DNA of 60,280 nt, the filler included, from Jimgerdemannia flammicorona (lineage: Eukaryota), in NCBI GenBank assembly GCA_003990765.1. It is 2 parts of 2 records of this genome, joined end to end, with 100 filler letters (N's around TTAATTAATTAA, not from the genome) between each part and the next. Parts side by side here need not be neighbours in the genome. Positions count along the whole stretch, not along the records: positions 1 to 30,106 come from RBNJ01000454.1; positions 30,207 to 60,280 come from RBNJ01000455.1. One strand, written 5' to 3'. A model generated the notes under the pieces. That model saw nothing but the letters and a program-made list of their open reading frames with translations, was not told the DNA's origin and did no database searches. Both the position numbers and the translations under genes were made by a program. The stretch's first letter is position 1, and each line of letters begins with the position of its first letter. Of the stretch, positions 24,425-35,525 are shown piece after piece.

Positions 24425-27400
24425 ACTGGTGTAAACTGAGACTTATGCTATCTTAAGATGCTTAGGTTGCGAGGAAACTAATTTGCGCAACTGCATGAAT
24501 GTCCGCGGCTCGGCCACTTTGCCGAAGTTTGAACTACGTTCATAACTATATAATGGTTGGCGTTGTCTGCAACAACGCCAACACGATCAGTTTTGACAAT
24601 AAATAATCAAAGTGCTTAAAATCAGAGAAATCGAAAGAGCACCTGTCCGACATTGCTTTTGGAATCGGGAAAAAAGATGCGTTAGGAAAAATGCCGGTGC
24701 GCCAGTCCCTTCAATCCTCTTTTTTTTTTTTTTTATGCGGTTTGCGAACCTTTCGCGAATTGTGCCGATACTGGCGTGGTTACATGGTCACTGTTGCGAG
24801 CTTGCATCTGCTGTTTCACGGCGGTGAATATCGAGCGGCCTCGTCCGGTTGCTAATTGCTTATGTACTGCATCCTGTCCGCGTGATGGCTGATTACGAAG
24901 TCCACTGGCATGGCTGTGGACACGCAACGTGTTCGTGCAAGTGTCGCGGTATCTGTGTGCTGGTGATGCTGTTACATACGATGCGGGCGCGGCGCCTGGA
25001 ATACACTGACGATTGCGTATGGCACAAAACCATGATCGCGGGATGTTTGACACCTCTCAAGTTGGATGCTCATGCAAGTCTGAGTACGATCCACTCGACT
25101 TAGAGTCAAAATCTGCAAGACGATCCACTGTGTAACACTCGCCTGAGTAACGACATCATTCGGAATAAACGTAGAATTCTACGAGAGCTGTCGAAGTTCG
25201 CCATACCTACTATTCGGAACCTCGAGGCCACGTGATCTCCGGCCCAATTGATAGTGAGCCAAAATAATTTTTGCTCGACGCTGACACCTGTCTTAGACAA
25301 ATGGACAACTGGCCACAACATATCCACGCCCTACAACTCAAAATCGAATGTTCAGAACAAATGTTTTGCATTTATTGTAAGTAGGATAAACCACTAATAC
25401 TAGTGCTAGCTCGGATACGTGCAGATCGACTACATCATATTTCATTCCAATTCCATTACTGGATGCTTTTTACAGGTCCCGTCTCCTCCTTGGCCTACAG
25501 TAAACATCTATTAACGCCGGAAAATGTACTGCCTTTCGCCGTCTCTTATAAATTCTAATTTTAACAAAAGACACGTCAAACTAACCCAAATTGATAGAAA
25601 TGGTTTCTCAGTGACAGGGGTTGTGACTGGGAACAGCGGTGACAGGGTCCACGAAAAACCGTATACCACTTCATATAGTATCGATCAGCTTTGTATACCA
25701 TGACCCGCATTCATCATGAGACCATAAAATCAAACGCACTTCGACGACGACGACAGCGTTTTATGTGTATATTACATTTGTCGGATATTCCCTTCCAGCA
25801 TGCAGCGACTACTTTTGAGATGTTCCGGCAATATACTAAGGTATGATTGTTGAGTTCGACTCACCAAACAAGAGTACATGGCCATCACAACAATCGCCAC
25901 ATTTTGGGGTTGTAAATAGTTTATCTAAATTTGCGTTCTGCTCCTTTGCAAAAATTTTTGCGCAAAAATTTAGCACAACTGAATTGATATACCTCGAAAT
26001 TGACCTCAAAAGAATAGACATATACTAGCTTTAAAATTCACGAAAACTGACATCGTTTTCACTCGTAAAAATTTTATGTCATTTCGTGGCAATAAATTTT
26101 TGAACCCCTTTACCGAACCTTATTTTCTGATAGGTTCATCATGTGACCTGTTCACCTCTATATTGGGACATGGAAACAAACAATGGAAACGAGAACTGTT
26201 CCGAACCTCCTGCCGGATCCGACACTATCCGATGCACAGTGACCACATTTCCTGAATGGATCGTTCTGTTAAAGAAAGCGATGCCTGATAAGCGTTTATT
26301 TTGGAATCCGAAAATTTTAGCGAAGCCAGAAAACAACAATCACCTTTGAACCGTAGTTTGCATGATGATTGTGAATAGTTAAGACTGGGCGCCGGAGTTG
26401 TTACAAACTAGTACATCGACGTGTTAAATATATTAAATACTTCGTACATCTCTTGGCTACCATTCCATTTAAATCCTGTTTTTGCTAATCTTTCTGTTTT
26501 GATATCGTATATAGTAAAAATGAAATATGAAACAAGTGTTTGAAATACGGAGTCGTCTGCCTTGTGTTGCAGCTTCTCCATGTTCCGATTACTTCGCGCA
26601 ATACGTGGAACGGCGTTGATGGCTCGTATTATATATGTATCTTATTGTCGATTTCGGTAATGTATTACTAGTGGGTTAATTAGTATTATCGTCTGGGCCG
26701 CGCATTGCTACAAAAAAGATCCAATGGTGAAATCATGCATCCAAAGCAATATTCGTGCACAAAATCATATTATAAATTTTTCCACATCCGCTATTGGAAA
26801 AAATTTACCTTAGTTCCTTGTAAGATTTGTTGATGCATGAAACCTGCCGTATCGTCATTTGATATATACAGGCTACTGTAGGTTTTCATTTCGAAATCAT
26901 TATCTTTCAAAATGGAGAATCGGATTTGAATATGGTATTGCCGTGAGCACTCTCCTGTTAAAGGTATGACCATTTCGAGATTTCAAAAACGAAGCGTTCA
27001 TCCGGTGAATTGGTTGCCCCATAGGGTACGGAACAAAAGGCAAGGGCGCATTGGAGCTGTGTATCGTCGCACAAATCGTCAATGTTAAGGCCGACGGCGA
27101 CCTTCTCGATGACGTCAATCGAAAATACCATCCCTATGTCGGGGACGATGTAGTCGTCCGTAACCACCAGGATGGTCAAATTATGCAATGTTTTTGGACA
27201 ATTCTACGTTCATCATGAATGGCATACAATCAATTTAGCGGTATCGGCTCGATACGTAACCGAGCTAACCATTTGATAGTCAGGAGGTTGGGCAATACAA
27301 CTGGGACTGTTTTGGAATGGGTGACTAAGGCATCCTCATTCACAAGCATCCGTGACTGTATTTTTAGATCCTAACGGCCTTGACCCGAACAGTCCACTCC

Positions 27401-28218
27401 GAAATAATAGAAGAGTTCCAAGAAGACCAAATTCAGTGATGATCTAAAAAAGAAACCAGCTGCTCACAATCGCTCCCTGTTGCCAATAGAAGGTAACTAA
27501 TTATCTTTAAGTAATGCCATGACAGCACTTTGGTATAATTTTTCTGATCCCTGCGCTACAACTATTACAGACCGTTTATTGAGTCGTTCAAAATATCCTC
27601 GAACCGATTGTTTAGCCCGACTCACCATAGATCATCATTGCATGATGACCCCTCCGAATTTATATGCTGAAAACAAATCTAACTTTATAATAGATAATTC
27701 AGTTTCTAAATTTTTAATATAGTAGAGTTCTTCTCCTTAGCGGAAAACTAGTAAGCACAACCATATAGACAAACGGTTTAACTCCCGAAATTTATATTTC
27801 TTATACTCACGTTTGTTGTGGTTTTTTTTTTTTTTTTATTATTTTTTTTTTTTAAAATAAATATTTGTAGCATTAAGTAAGTTGAATCACCTTTTTATAT
27901 TTTCTTTAAAATAGGAACTTGGACGCTTATTTTCGGACAGATATAGCACATGACTGATTGAAAATATTTTATGGATATATTGGGACTTAATCTATGTTGA
28001 TGAAAACGAAACCTGAGCGGTATCTTTTTTTGGATCTGACAATTTCGGGTGCAAGAAGAAAACATACACCTTATGCACCATGACTTATTTTTGATGCCAA
28101 AGAAAGCGATGCCTGATAGGTGTCTATTTTTGAATCCCACCAGAACAAAGCATAGCCATCTTCGCGCTCACTGGGCGTACGAGTCGTTAAAATCTACTAT
28201 ATCCATGTGTTAACTTCA

Positions 28219-28229
28219 TATATAAAAAC
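28219..28229 (+). promoter_or_regulatory. TATA-like box upstream of the DUF6345-like gene
   Basis: TATATAAAAAC about 95 nt before ATG 28316; AATAAA follows the stop at ~30048. Confidence 0.4.
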
Positions 28230-28315
28230 CTAGCACAAAAATGTAGTAATAACACCTATCTACCCCAATACCCCGACACCCCATTAAAAAAAAAAAAAAA
28301 AAAAAGCTTCACACG

Positions 28316-29986
28316 ATGCTTGGCTTCCAAGTTCAACCCAAATTCCGGTTTCTGTTCATCGTGACCACCATCTTGATCACGGTGGGCATTGCCAATGGCA
28401 GCCCGACTCCGACCGAGGACGAAGACGTCTCAAACCCGCACCCATGCCACCCCGCAACGCTGCCTGTTTACAAGCTGTCACCAGGCCCCTGTGACGAAGG
28501 TCGAGCCGTAGACTTGGCTCAAAAATTGTACGGTGTCAAAAACTACATAACAAAGTGGCAAGATTCGAGTTTCGTCCTTAAAGGTTCCTGCGGACCTGGA
28601 TCCCAAGTCACCGTCGAGGTGGACAAGTTTAGCGGCGGTATCTGGTCCGCAGACCTGTCGCAGAATTGGAAACCTACTTTGTATCCCTCACTCCCGACGG
28701 ATGAAGAAGCCCGCAAGATTGCTGACGACGTGATTGCCAAGTACGGGCCCAATCTCGACTCCCAGGGACCGTTCAAGATTGGATTCGCCAGCATCGGTCA
28801 CACTACTTACGCCAGCAAAAGTGAAGGTTGCGACCGCGAAGATCGTAAGCTGGACACTCGAGTGAACTACGTGGTGACAGTTAACCATTCCGCCTATGGG
28901 GAGATCCCGATCGTGGGTGGCGGAGCAAAGTTCCAGGTCGGTCTGGGCGATAAAGGTCGTCTGATCTCATATTACGGCACCTGGCGAGTTGCCAACACCG
29001 ATGGCGACGAACACAAGGTTATTCCAAAGGAGGTTGCTGATGCTAAATGGTTGGAAAGCAATGGCGTCGGAAACATGACTTGGAAGTCCTATCTCGCCTA
29101 TTTTGCGGCACCTATAGGCTTGGAGCAGCAATTCCTCTACCCAGTGTATGTCTACGAATCCACCCAAATTGTTAACGGCAAAACAGTTCAAGTTCGTTCG
29201 ACGAGAGTTCCCGCCACCGACTTCTGCCCGGTCATCGTTAACATTGGGCCGCTAGAAGTGTACGAAAAGCCTCGGAAAAACGGAACGGTCCACAAAAAAT
29301 GTCGACACGGCGTCTGCGAAGATTGCATAAAGGAATGTGGAGTCGAATACCTCACCATGGCCCCAGGTTTGGCATCCCTCTCCAAAACCCAAGCAAATGC
29401 CGTAGGTTTTTTGAAGGCACTGGAGGCCGACGGCTGGAAGATTAACTTTAAATGGAGCAATCAAAACGTTTGGCGATCGGATTGGACTATCAATAATGAC
29501 GTCTGGGTCGACGGAGCGGACTTTGTTTTCTACACTGGCCACGCAGGCGGTGACGGCTGGTATTTGGGTGACGGCTCGCTTCTTGCCTACAACCAGATTG
29601 GCCCCAATGTGTACGGTGACACGGATCTCGAGTGGCTAGTCATCGCCGCCTGCGGCCCTTTCCAGGACGATATCATCGAGCCTGGCGAAGGTGACGCCTA
29701 TAGCCGTTGGAATCACGTCTTCAACGGACTGCATCTCATTCTCGGGTACGCAACTGTCTCAGACGACACAGATCTAGAGGGTACCATGCTCATCTCGAAC
29801 GCCCGCCAAGGTTATACACTCCTCGAATCCTGGTTTAAAACCGCAGCTGCAGCCCAGAATTCAGACGTTTATGCAGCCGCCATGTGGGTACACGATGCTT
29901 ACAACGATCATCTCAATGGTTATGGACCCATTTCCGAGGATGTCAAGAAACCCACTTCCTTCGGCTTGATGTGGGCCCCTTGCTGA
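28316..29986 (+). CDS. Secreted DUF6345-like protein with putative clan-CD (caspase/gingipain-like) His-Cys dyad, single exon, 556 aa
   Basis: Intact 556-codon ORF with a hydrophobic signal peptide (FLFIVTTILITVGIANG). C-terminal motifs WVDGADFVFYTGHAG and DLEWLVIAACGP, and FNGLHLILGY, are recognised from memory as DUF6345-type. Confidence 0.8.
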   Translation: MLGFQVQPKFRFLFIVTTILITVGIANGSPTPTEDEDVSNPHPCHPATLPVYKLSPGPCDEGRAVDLAQKLYGVKNYITKWQDSSFVLKGSCGPGSQVTVEVDKFSGGIWSADLSQNWKPTLYPSLPTDEEARKIADDVIAKYGPNLDSQGPFKIGFASIGHTTYASKSEGCDREDRKLDTRVNYVVTVNHSAYGEIPIVGGGAKFQVGLGDKGRLISYYGTWRVANTDGDEHKVIPKEVADAKWLESNGVGNMTWKSYLAYFAAPIGLEQQFLYPVYVYESTQIVNGKTVQVRSTRVPATDFCPVIVNIGPLEVYEKPRKNGTVHKKCRHGVCEDCIKECGVEYLTMAPGLASLSKTQANAVGFLKALEADGWKINFKWSNQNVWRSDWTINNDVWVDGADFVFYTGHAGGDGWYLGDGSLLAYNQIGPNVYGDTDLEWLVIAACGPFQDDIIEPGEGDAYSRWNHVFNGLHLILGYATVSDDTDLEGTMLISNARQGYTLLESWFKTAAAAQNSDVYAAAMWVHDAYNDHLNGYGPISEDVKKPTSFGLMWAPC

Positions 29987-30106
29987 GCTCGTGAAAGCGC
30001 GTGGAGTCAATGGCAATCGCCAAATTTGGACGCGCAAATATGTTATTAATAAAACATGAGTTTACGGTTATGTGCAAATGTATAATTTGATTAACTTTTT
30101 TTTTTT

Positions 30107-30206
30107 NNNNNNNNNNNNNNNNNNNNNNNNNNNNNNNNNNNNNNNNNNNNTTAATTAATTAANNNNNNNNNNNNNNNNNNNNNNNNNNNNNNNNNNNNNN
30201 NNNNNN
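30107..30206. other. Assembly gap with artificial linker TTAATTAATTAA
   Basis: Runs of N flank a 12-nt all-frame stop linker at 30151-30162. Confidence 0.97.
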
Positions 30207-33200
30207 CACCCGGACACGGCGAAAGCACTATTCAGCCTGGCTGACTTTTACTACAGTCAACACAGGTTTACCGATTCGGAGGCGTTGCATCAACGGGTTC
30301 TGGCGAACCGGGAGAAGGAGTACGGGCCTGAGCACCGAGAGACCGCGGTGTCACTGAACAGTCTAGCCATGCTTAATAAGAGGCAGGGCAAGTATAGCGA
30401 AGCCGAGGAACAGTACAAACGGGCGCTAGCAATTTGCGAGAAGGTATTAGGAAACGAACACCCGCAAATGGAAAGGACACTTAGCAATCTTGCCAACCTC
30501 TACGGCACTTTGAACAATTATAACGCGGCCGAGAAACTACAAAAACGGGCTATGGCGATCTCGGAGAAGGCATGGGGAATTGACCACCCGCATACTGCGA
30601 CGGCACTGAGCGGCTTGGCCGTGATTTATAAGAATCAGAGCAAGTACGATGAAGCGGAGATGCTGCAACAACGGGCGCTGGCAATTCGCAAGAAGATTTT
30701 GGGATTGGAGCACCCGGACACCGTGACGACTGTGAACGAACTGGCCCTGATCAAGCAGCTCGTCGAGACTAAGGATCTACAGATTCCTTTTCCAGTCAGC
30801 AGAAACCAGAGCGGACACGGTGCTCAGGCAGATACCGGGATGTCTCTCGAAAATCTGGCGGCAGCCGATACCAGGACGCCTCTCGAAAATCCGGCCGCAG
30901 CCGATACCAGGACGCCTCTCGAAAATCCGGCCGCAGCCGATACTGGGACATCTCTCGAAAATCCGGCCCCTGTCACTAGCACTCAGAGAGAGCACGGTGC
31001 CCAGGCAGATATCGGAACGACCCCAGCCAACATCGATGGGCACAGTGCTCAGGCGGATGTCGGGACGTCTCCAGAAAATTGGAACCGTGAGCTGCCAATC
31101 GCGAAAGAAAGCCGAGAATCAGACAACATGGATACCCTGACGTTTCAAGGAAATCGGGCCCCAGATAAGAACCAAGACCATTCGGGGAATATACCGAGAT
31201 CAGGCAACACAAATACCGAGGCATCGGCTGAAAAAGGTGGCCTGATTCTCCCCTACAACGTGGACGGCATGTTGAAATTGGAAGAGCTTGAGAGCAAGAC
31301 GGAGGTCGATGTTCAGAGTGCCACCAAAGGAGACGACCAAATTCTCCCGTACAACGTGGATGACGCGTTCGAACTGGAACAGGATGACACAATGGTGGCC
31401 AATACCGAGAGTACCACTGAAGGAGAAGGCCTGATTCACCCGTACTACGTGGATTATGTACTCCAAAAAGAAGAGCAGAAGAGCAACGAGGTCAATACCG
31501 AAAGTATTACCAAAGAAAAGGACCCGATTCTCTCGTATAATATGGACGGCATGATCGAATCGGAAGAGCTTGAGAACAAGACGGAGATCGATGCTCATAG
31601 TATCACCAAGGGAGACGACCCAATTCTCCCGTACAACGTGAATGACGCGTTCAACCTAGAAGAGGATGGCATAATGGAGGCAAATATCGAGAGTACCATT
31701 GAAGAAGAAGGCCCGTACTACGTGGATGGTGCACTCGAAGAAAAAGAGCAGAAGAGCAACGAAGGTAGCGCCGAAGGTATCACCGAAGAAGACCCGATTC
31801 TCCCGGACGAAGTGGACAAAGTGGACGAAGAGCTTGAGAGCAAGATGGAGGCCGATGTGCTCCCGTTCGTCGTGGGTGATACATTTGAAATGGAACAGGA
31901 AATCAAATTGGTGGATGCCGAGAGTGCCACTGAAGGACAAGGTCTGGTTTTCCCGCACAACGCGGAAGGTGTGCCCGAAATGGAGGCCAATAACGACATT
32001 ACCACCGTAGGAGAGAACCCGATTCTCCAGGACGACATGGGCAGAGCACATAAACTAAGTGTTGATACAAAAGAAGATGAATTCGAGTATGTATTTTTGA
32101 ATTTTGTATCAATTGTTCTTTTTCAAACATCGCTCCAATTCAAAATTTGTAATCTTCGGTCCCGCTCAGGAATGCCGAAACAGACTTCCACGACTGGCTG
32201 AATAAGCCGCTACCCGACAAGGAGAAAAAGGTCAAAAAGCTTGTGGAGATGCATCAGTTTGGCAATTGCATCAATAGCGTCGTTGAAAAGAAACAAATGA
32301 TCATGTTTATGCCAACCTATTTGCTAGATAAGTTCGGTTGGTACACGGACAAACTCGGCATCTGTTTGTACGTTCGTTGGCCATTAACTATAGACAAACT
32401 TCAATTGCTGAACGACATGATAAAGGAGAATAATACCATTACAATTTTCCATGGTGTCGAGCAACTCGTTGTCGTGGACGATACCACGGCTTCAGAAGGC
32501 GACAAGTCCTCGGATGACAACATCGACGAACCCTCGGATGGTACCAAAGACGAGGGCCAAAGCAATGACGAGAATCGCATGCCAATCAATCAGTCACAAA
32601 GATCTGAGAATGATCCAGCCGAATCATCACCCAAACACGAATCGAACGAAGGCGGGAGCCCTTTTTCCGGAGGTGGCGCGACTTCGGATCTTGGTAACCT
32701 TGGTGAAGGTTCTTCATTTCCGAGAATTGGAGCGGGAGTCGCGGGTCAGGCCTCAAACACCAGTGTCAACAATGGGGAAGGCGGAGATGATGTCGGGCTG
32801 TCAAGACCTGAGGAAATCGACTCTACCCAACCAATGAATGAGAATTGGAGACTATTGCGCTCCTTTTGCGAGTTCTTTTGCTGTTGTCCCAAGAATTCAC
32901 GACATGGACTTCATGTTCCATCGAGCGCGGGTGACAATCCGACCGCTCAATTCATCGAAACAATGAGAACCTCACTTCCGCCAATACTCTCGAACACCCC
33001 AAATGAAACTGTAATATTCTCGATTATGTCCCCCGATAGTTCAAACGAAAAAGCCGATGCTGCTGGGATACATGCTTCGACCGAGGAAAGTGATATACAT
33101 TCAAACAGTATGCAAAACATTATGAACCACAACACATCGAGCGCGGGTGACCAACCGATCGCTCAATACAACGAAAGAATGACAGCATCACTTACACCAA

Positions 33201-34288
33201 TACTCTCGAACACCCCAAATGAAACTGTAATATCCTCGATTACCTCCCCCGACAGCTCAAGCGAGAGAGCTGCTGATGCTGAGATATATGCTTTGACCGG
33301 GGAAAGTGGTACGCACTCAAACAGTATGCAAAACATTGTGAACCACAACAGGGATACCAATGCCTCACACTCAATCAATGCTAACGGATGTGTAAATCAC
33401 AACCCGAATTACACAAGTTAGTATGGCATACATGCAGCACTTTCCGCTTTGACATCATTCTCACCACATTTTTTTATTTTACCAGTTATCAATAATTGTC
33501 CCCAAGGTGCTTCCGTATCCGAAATGCCAAAGGCCCCAAAGTTTATTGTCACTGTCTGCACTGTGTCAACAGCGAAACTGGAAGACAGGGGGCAGGAGTT
33601 TACCATTGATTTTACCCTGAAGATCGCAACCACCAAATGGTCGCACAAGTTTGAATTGAGCAAGATCGCATTGAGTGGAGGCAAGCAACATTTGATTAAA
33701 AATAGGCGTTATTTCTTCAAGAATTTCCGCATCGAGATTGTTCCTTGCAACGATAGGATTAGCTGTACCGATGCGGAGCCAATTTCGAAGATAACGAACC
33801 ACTGGGATATCGCTCAAACTGGGGATAGCAGGGGAATCATATGGTGCCATCGCGTGGATCAACCTGTCATGAAGGCGAGAATTTTGAGACATCAGATCGA
33901 GACTCACATGGCGGAGTACAAGTGGGGATGTTTTAAAACGGAACCGACCGAATACTTCGTTAACTTGAAAGTTGGCTTCACCTTCGTGAAGAGTAATTTC
34001 AAGGATTTCAAGGATAGTTGTTGTCAAACAAATGGCGATGGCGATGACAATGACAATGACGACGATCTGGTAAACTCTGTCTCCGTACAAGTCAAGAACA
34101 TTCGAGAACATGTTGAAGTAAACGAAGTGCCCGAAGCACTCGAGTGCATTTGGGAAGTCGATGGGAAAGTCGAACTCGATGAGCATGGACCACATTTTAA
34201 GAATATTCATCTTAAAAAATGTAGTGATTGCTGTAATGTGAAGGCTCGTATTTGCAACGTTAAACAAGACCAAAACATGTTATCTTAA
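30207..34288 (+). CDS. 5'-incomplete TPR (NLR-type) protein with repeat tracts and fused C-terminal domains; exons <30207-32086, 32170-33416, 33486-34288 (>1309 aa)
   Basis: HPDTA..L..LA-type 42-aa TPRs are open from the gap edge. Introns GTATGT...CAG (32087-32169) and GTTAGT...CAG (33417-33485) join the three track ORFs in the correct phase. Confidence 0.82.
30825..30975 (+). repeat. Coding 36-bp tandem repeat (ADTRTPLENPAA)x4
   Basis: GCAGCCGATACCAGGACGCCTCTCGAAAATCCGGCC units with a 36-bp period. Confidence 0.9.
31240..32040 (+). repeat. Coding acidic ~31-aa repeat (ILPYNVD...ES.T.G..), ~9 units with ~94-aa higher-order period
   Basis: Visible in the translation and in the DNA. Confidence 0.85.
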
Positions 34289-34318
34289 ATCAACACATAG
34301 TTGTCTGATCTTATATAT

Positions 34319-35525
34319 TGTAACGTGCCGGCTCAAATGGAGGCAAATTACAAGGTTGGGGGTTGATGTAGTTTGGCTTGAGCCCCCAGTTACTTTGTCA
34401 AAAAGCAACAAAATGTTCTAAGATTCCTGAGGTCCTTGGTGTTTAGTGGTATAATAGTCAAAGTTGGATTTCTGCGAGCAATTTCCTTATTGGGACAGTT
34501 CTCTGGGTGTAGCGGCGATTTGTGTGTGAATGGATTTCCTTCTTGGGTCAACTGGGAATGCCACAATTTTGTGAAGTGAGGCAATCTCCAAAAGTATGCG
34601 ATTTCTGGGTGTGGCAGTCTTGTGTAGCACGACGATCTTGATGCGTGACAGTCTGGCAATTTGGCGGTTCTCCTTATGCGATTTCTGCATGACGATCTTG
34701 GTACGACGATCTCTGTGTAGCGCGACGATCTCCAAAAGTATATGATTTCTGGCGGTAGCTCGATTTGGCTTACTGGGAATAAACGAATAACTCGGATGGA
34801 ATATGGCGGATAACTTAGAAGCGGCGGATGATGCGGATTCGGCTTCAACTGGGAATACTACTTGGACGATGCGAGTTCTTCCGAATCGGGCTTTTCTGGG
34901 AATACGATGGCATGGATTCTTCTGAATCGGCGGCTTCAACTGGGAAATGGCGGCGAAGTTCTTTCTTGAACCTAGGCAGCAAACTTCAGGCTTATCTGGC
35001 AAGCGAACCAAAACGTAGCGGACTTCTCTTGAAAACGGACTTGTTCTTTGTATCGGAAAGTGGACCAGAGTGGGAAAGGGGCAAAGCTCACAATCTCCTA
35101 GTAGTGGCTGTAGAGCAGGCGTTTCTCCTAAGTGTTGCAATCCAATTCCTTTAGGATCAAGTGGCTTTTGGCAGGTGTATCTCTCGAAGTGTAGTAGGCA
35201 GACTTGTCTTTTGCTTTGTATTTCAGAACTGAGGTTTATTCACTCTTATCTCTGGGGTATTTTATACATTGTGGTTGCTATCTTGGTTGCTATCTGGTTA
35301 ACTATAGAATGCTATTTATGGGGTGACATTCACTGTCAGAGTGACAGCCACTGTCAGGGTGACAGCCACTGTCAGGGTGATGGCCACTGTCAGGGTTTTT
35401 CCTTTCTTTAGCTATCTGGGTTATTTATACATTTTCTGCAGTAATGGTTGCTGGTTACTATGCTATGCTAATGTTCACATCACCTGGTTGGGTTTCGAGA
35501 TTGCTACGTTTTGTGGTTTGTCACA
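34319..35525 (-). repeat. 3' LTR of gypsy family B
   Basis: Near-identical to 43041-44269; contains internal 18-bp GACAGCCACTGTCAGGGT tandem repeats. Confidence 0.95.

Noticed and set aside
24556..24582. 10-bp hairpin GTTGGCGTTG/CAACGCCAAC, possible Helitron 3' end
   Set aside because: No CTRR terminus at the expected distance; an isolated hairpin.
29986..30207. Apparent tight linkage of the protease-like DUF6345 gene to the TPR/NLR gene (protease-NLR module)
   Set aside because: They are separated by an artificial scaffold gap of unknown size, and the DUF6345-like protein is secreted, so the adjacency cannot be trusted.
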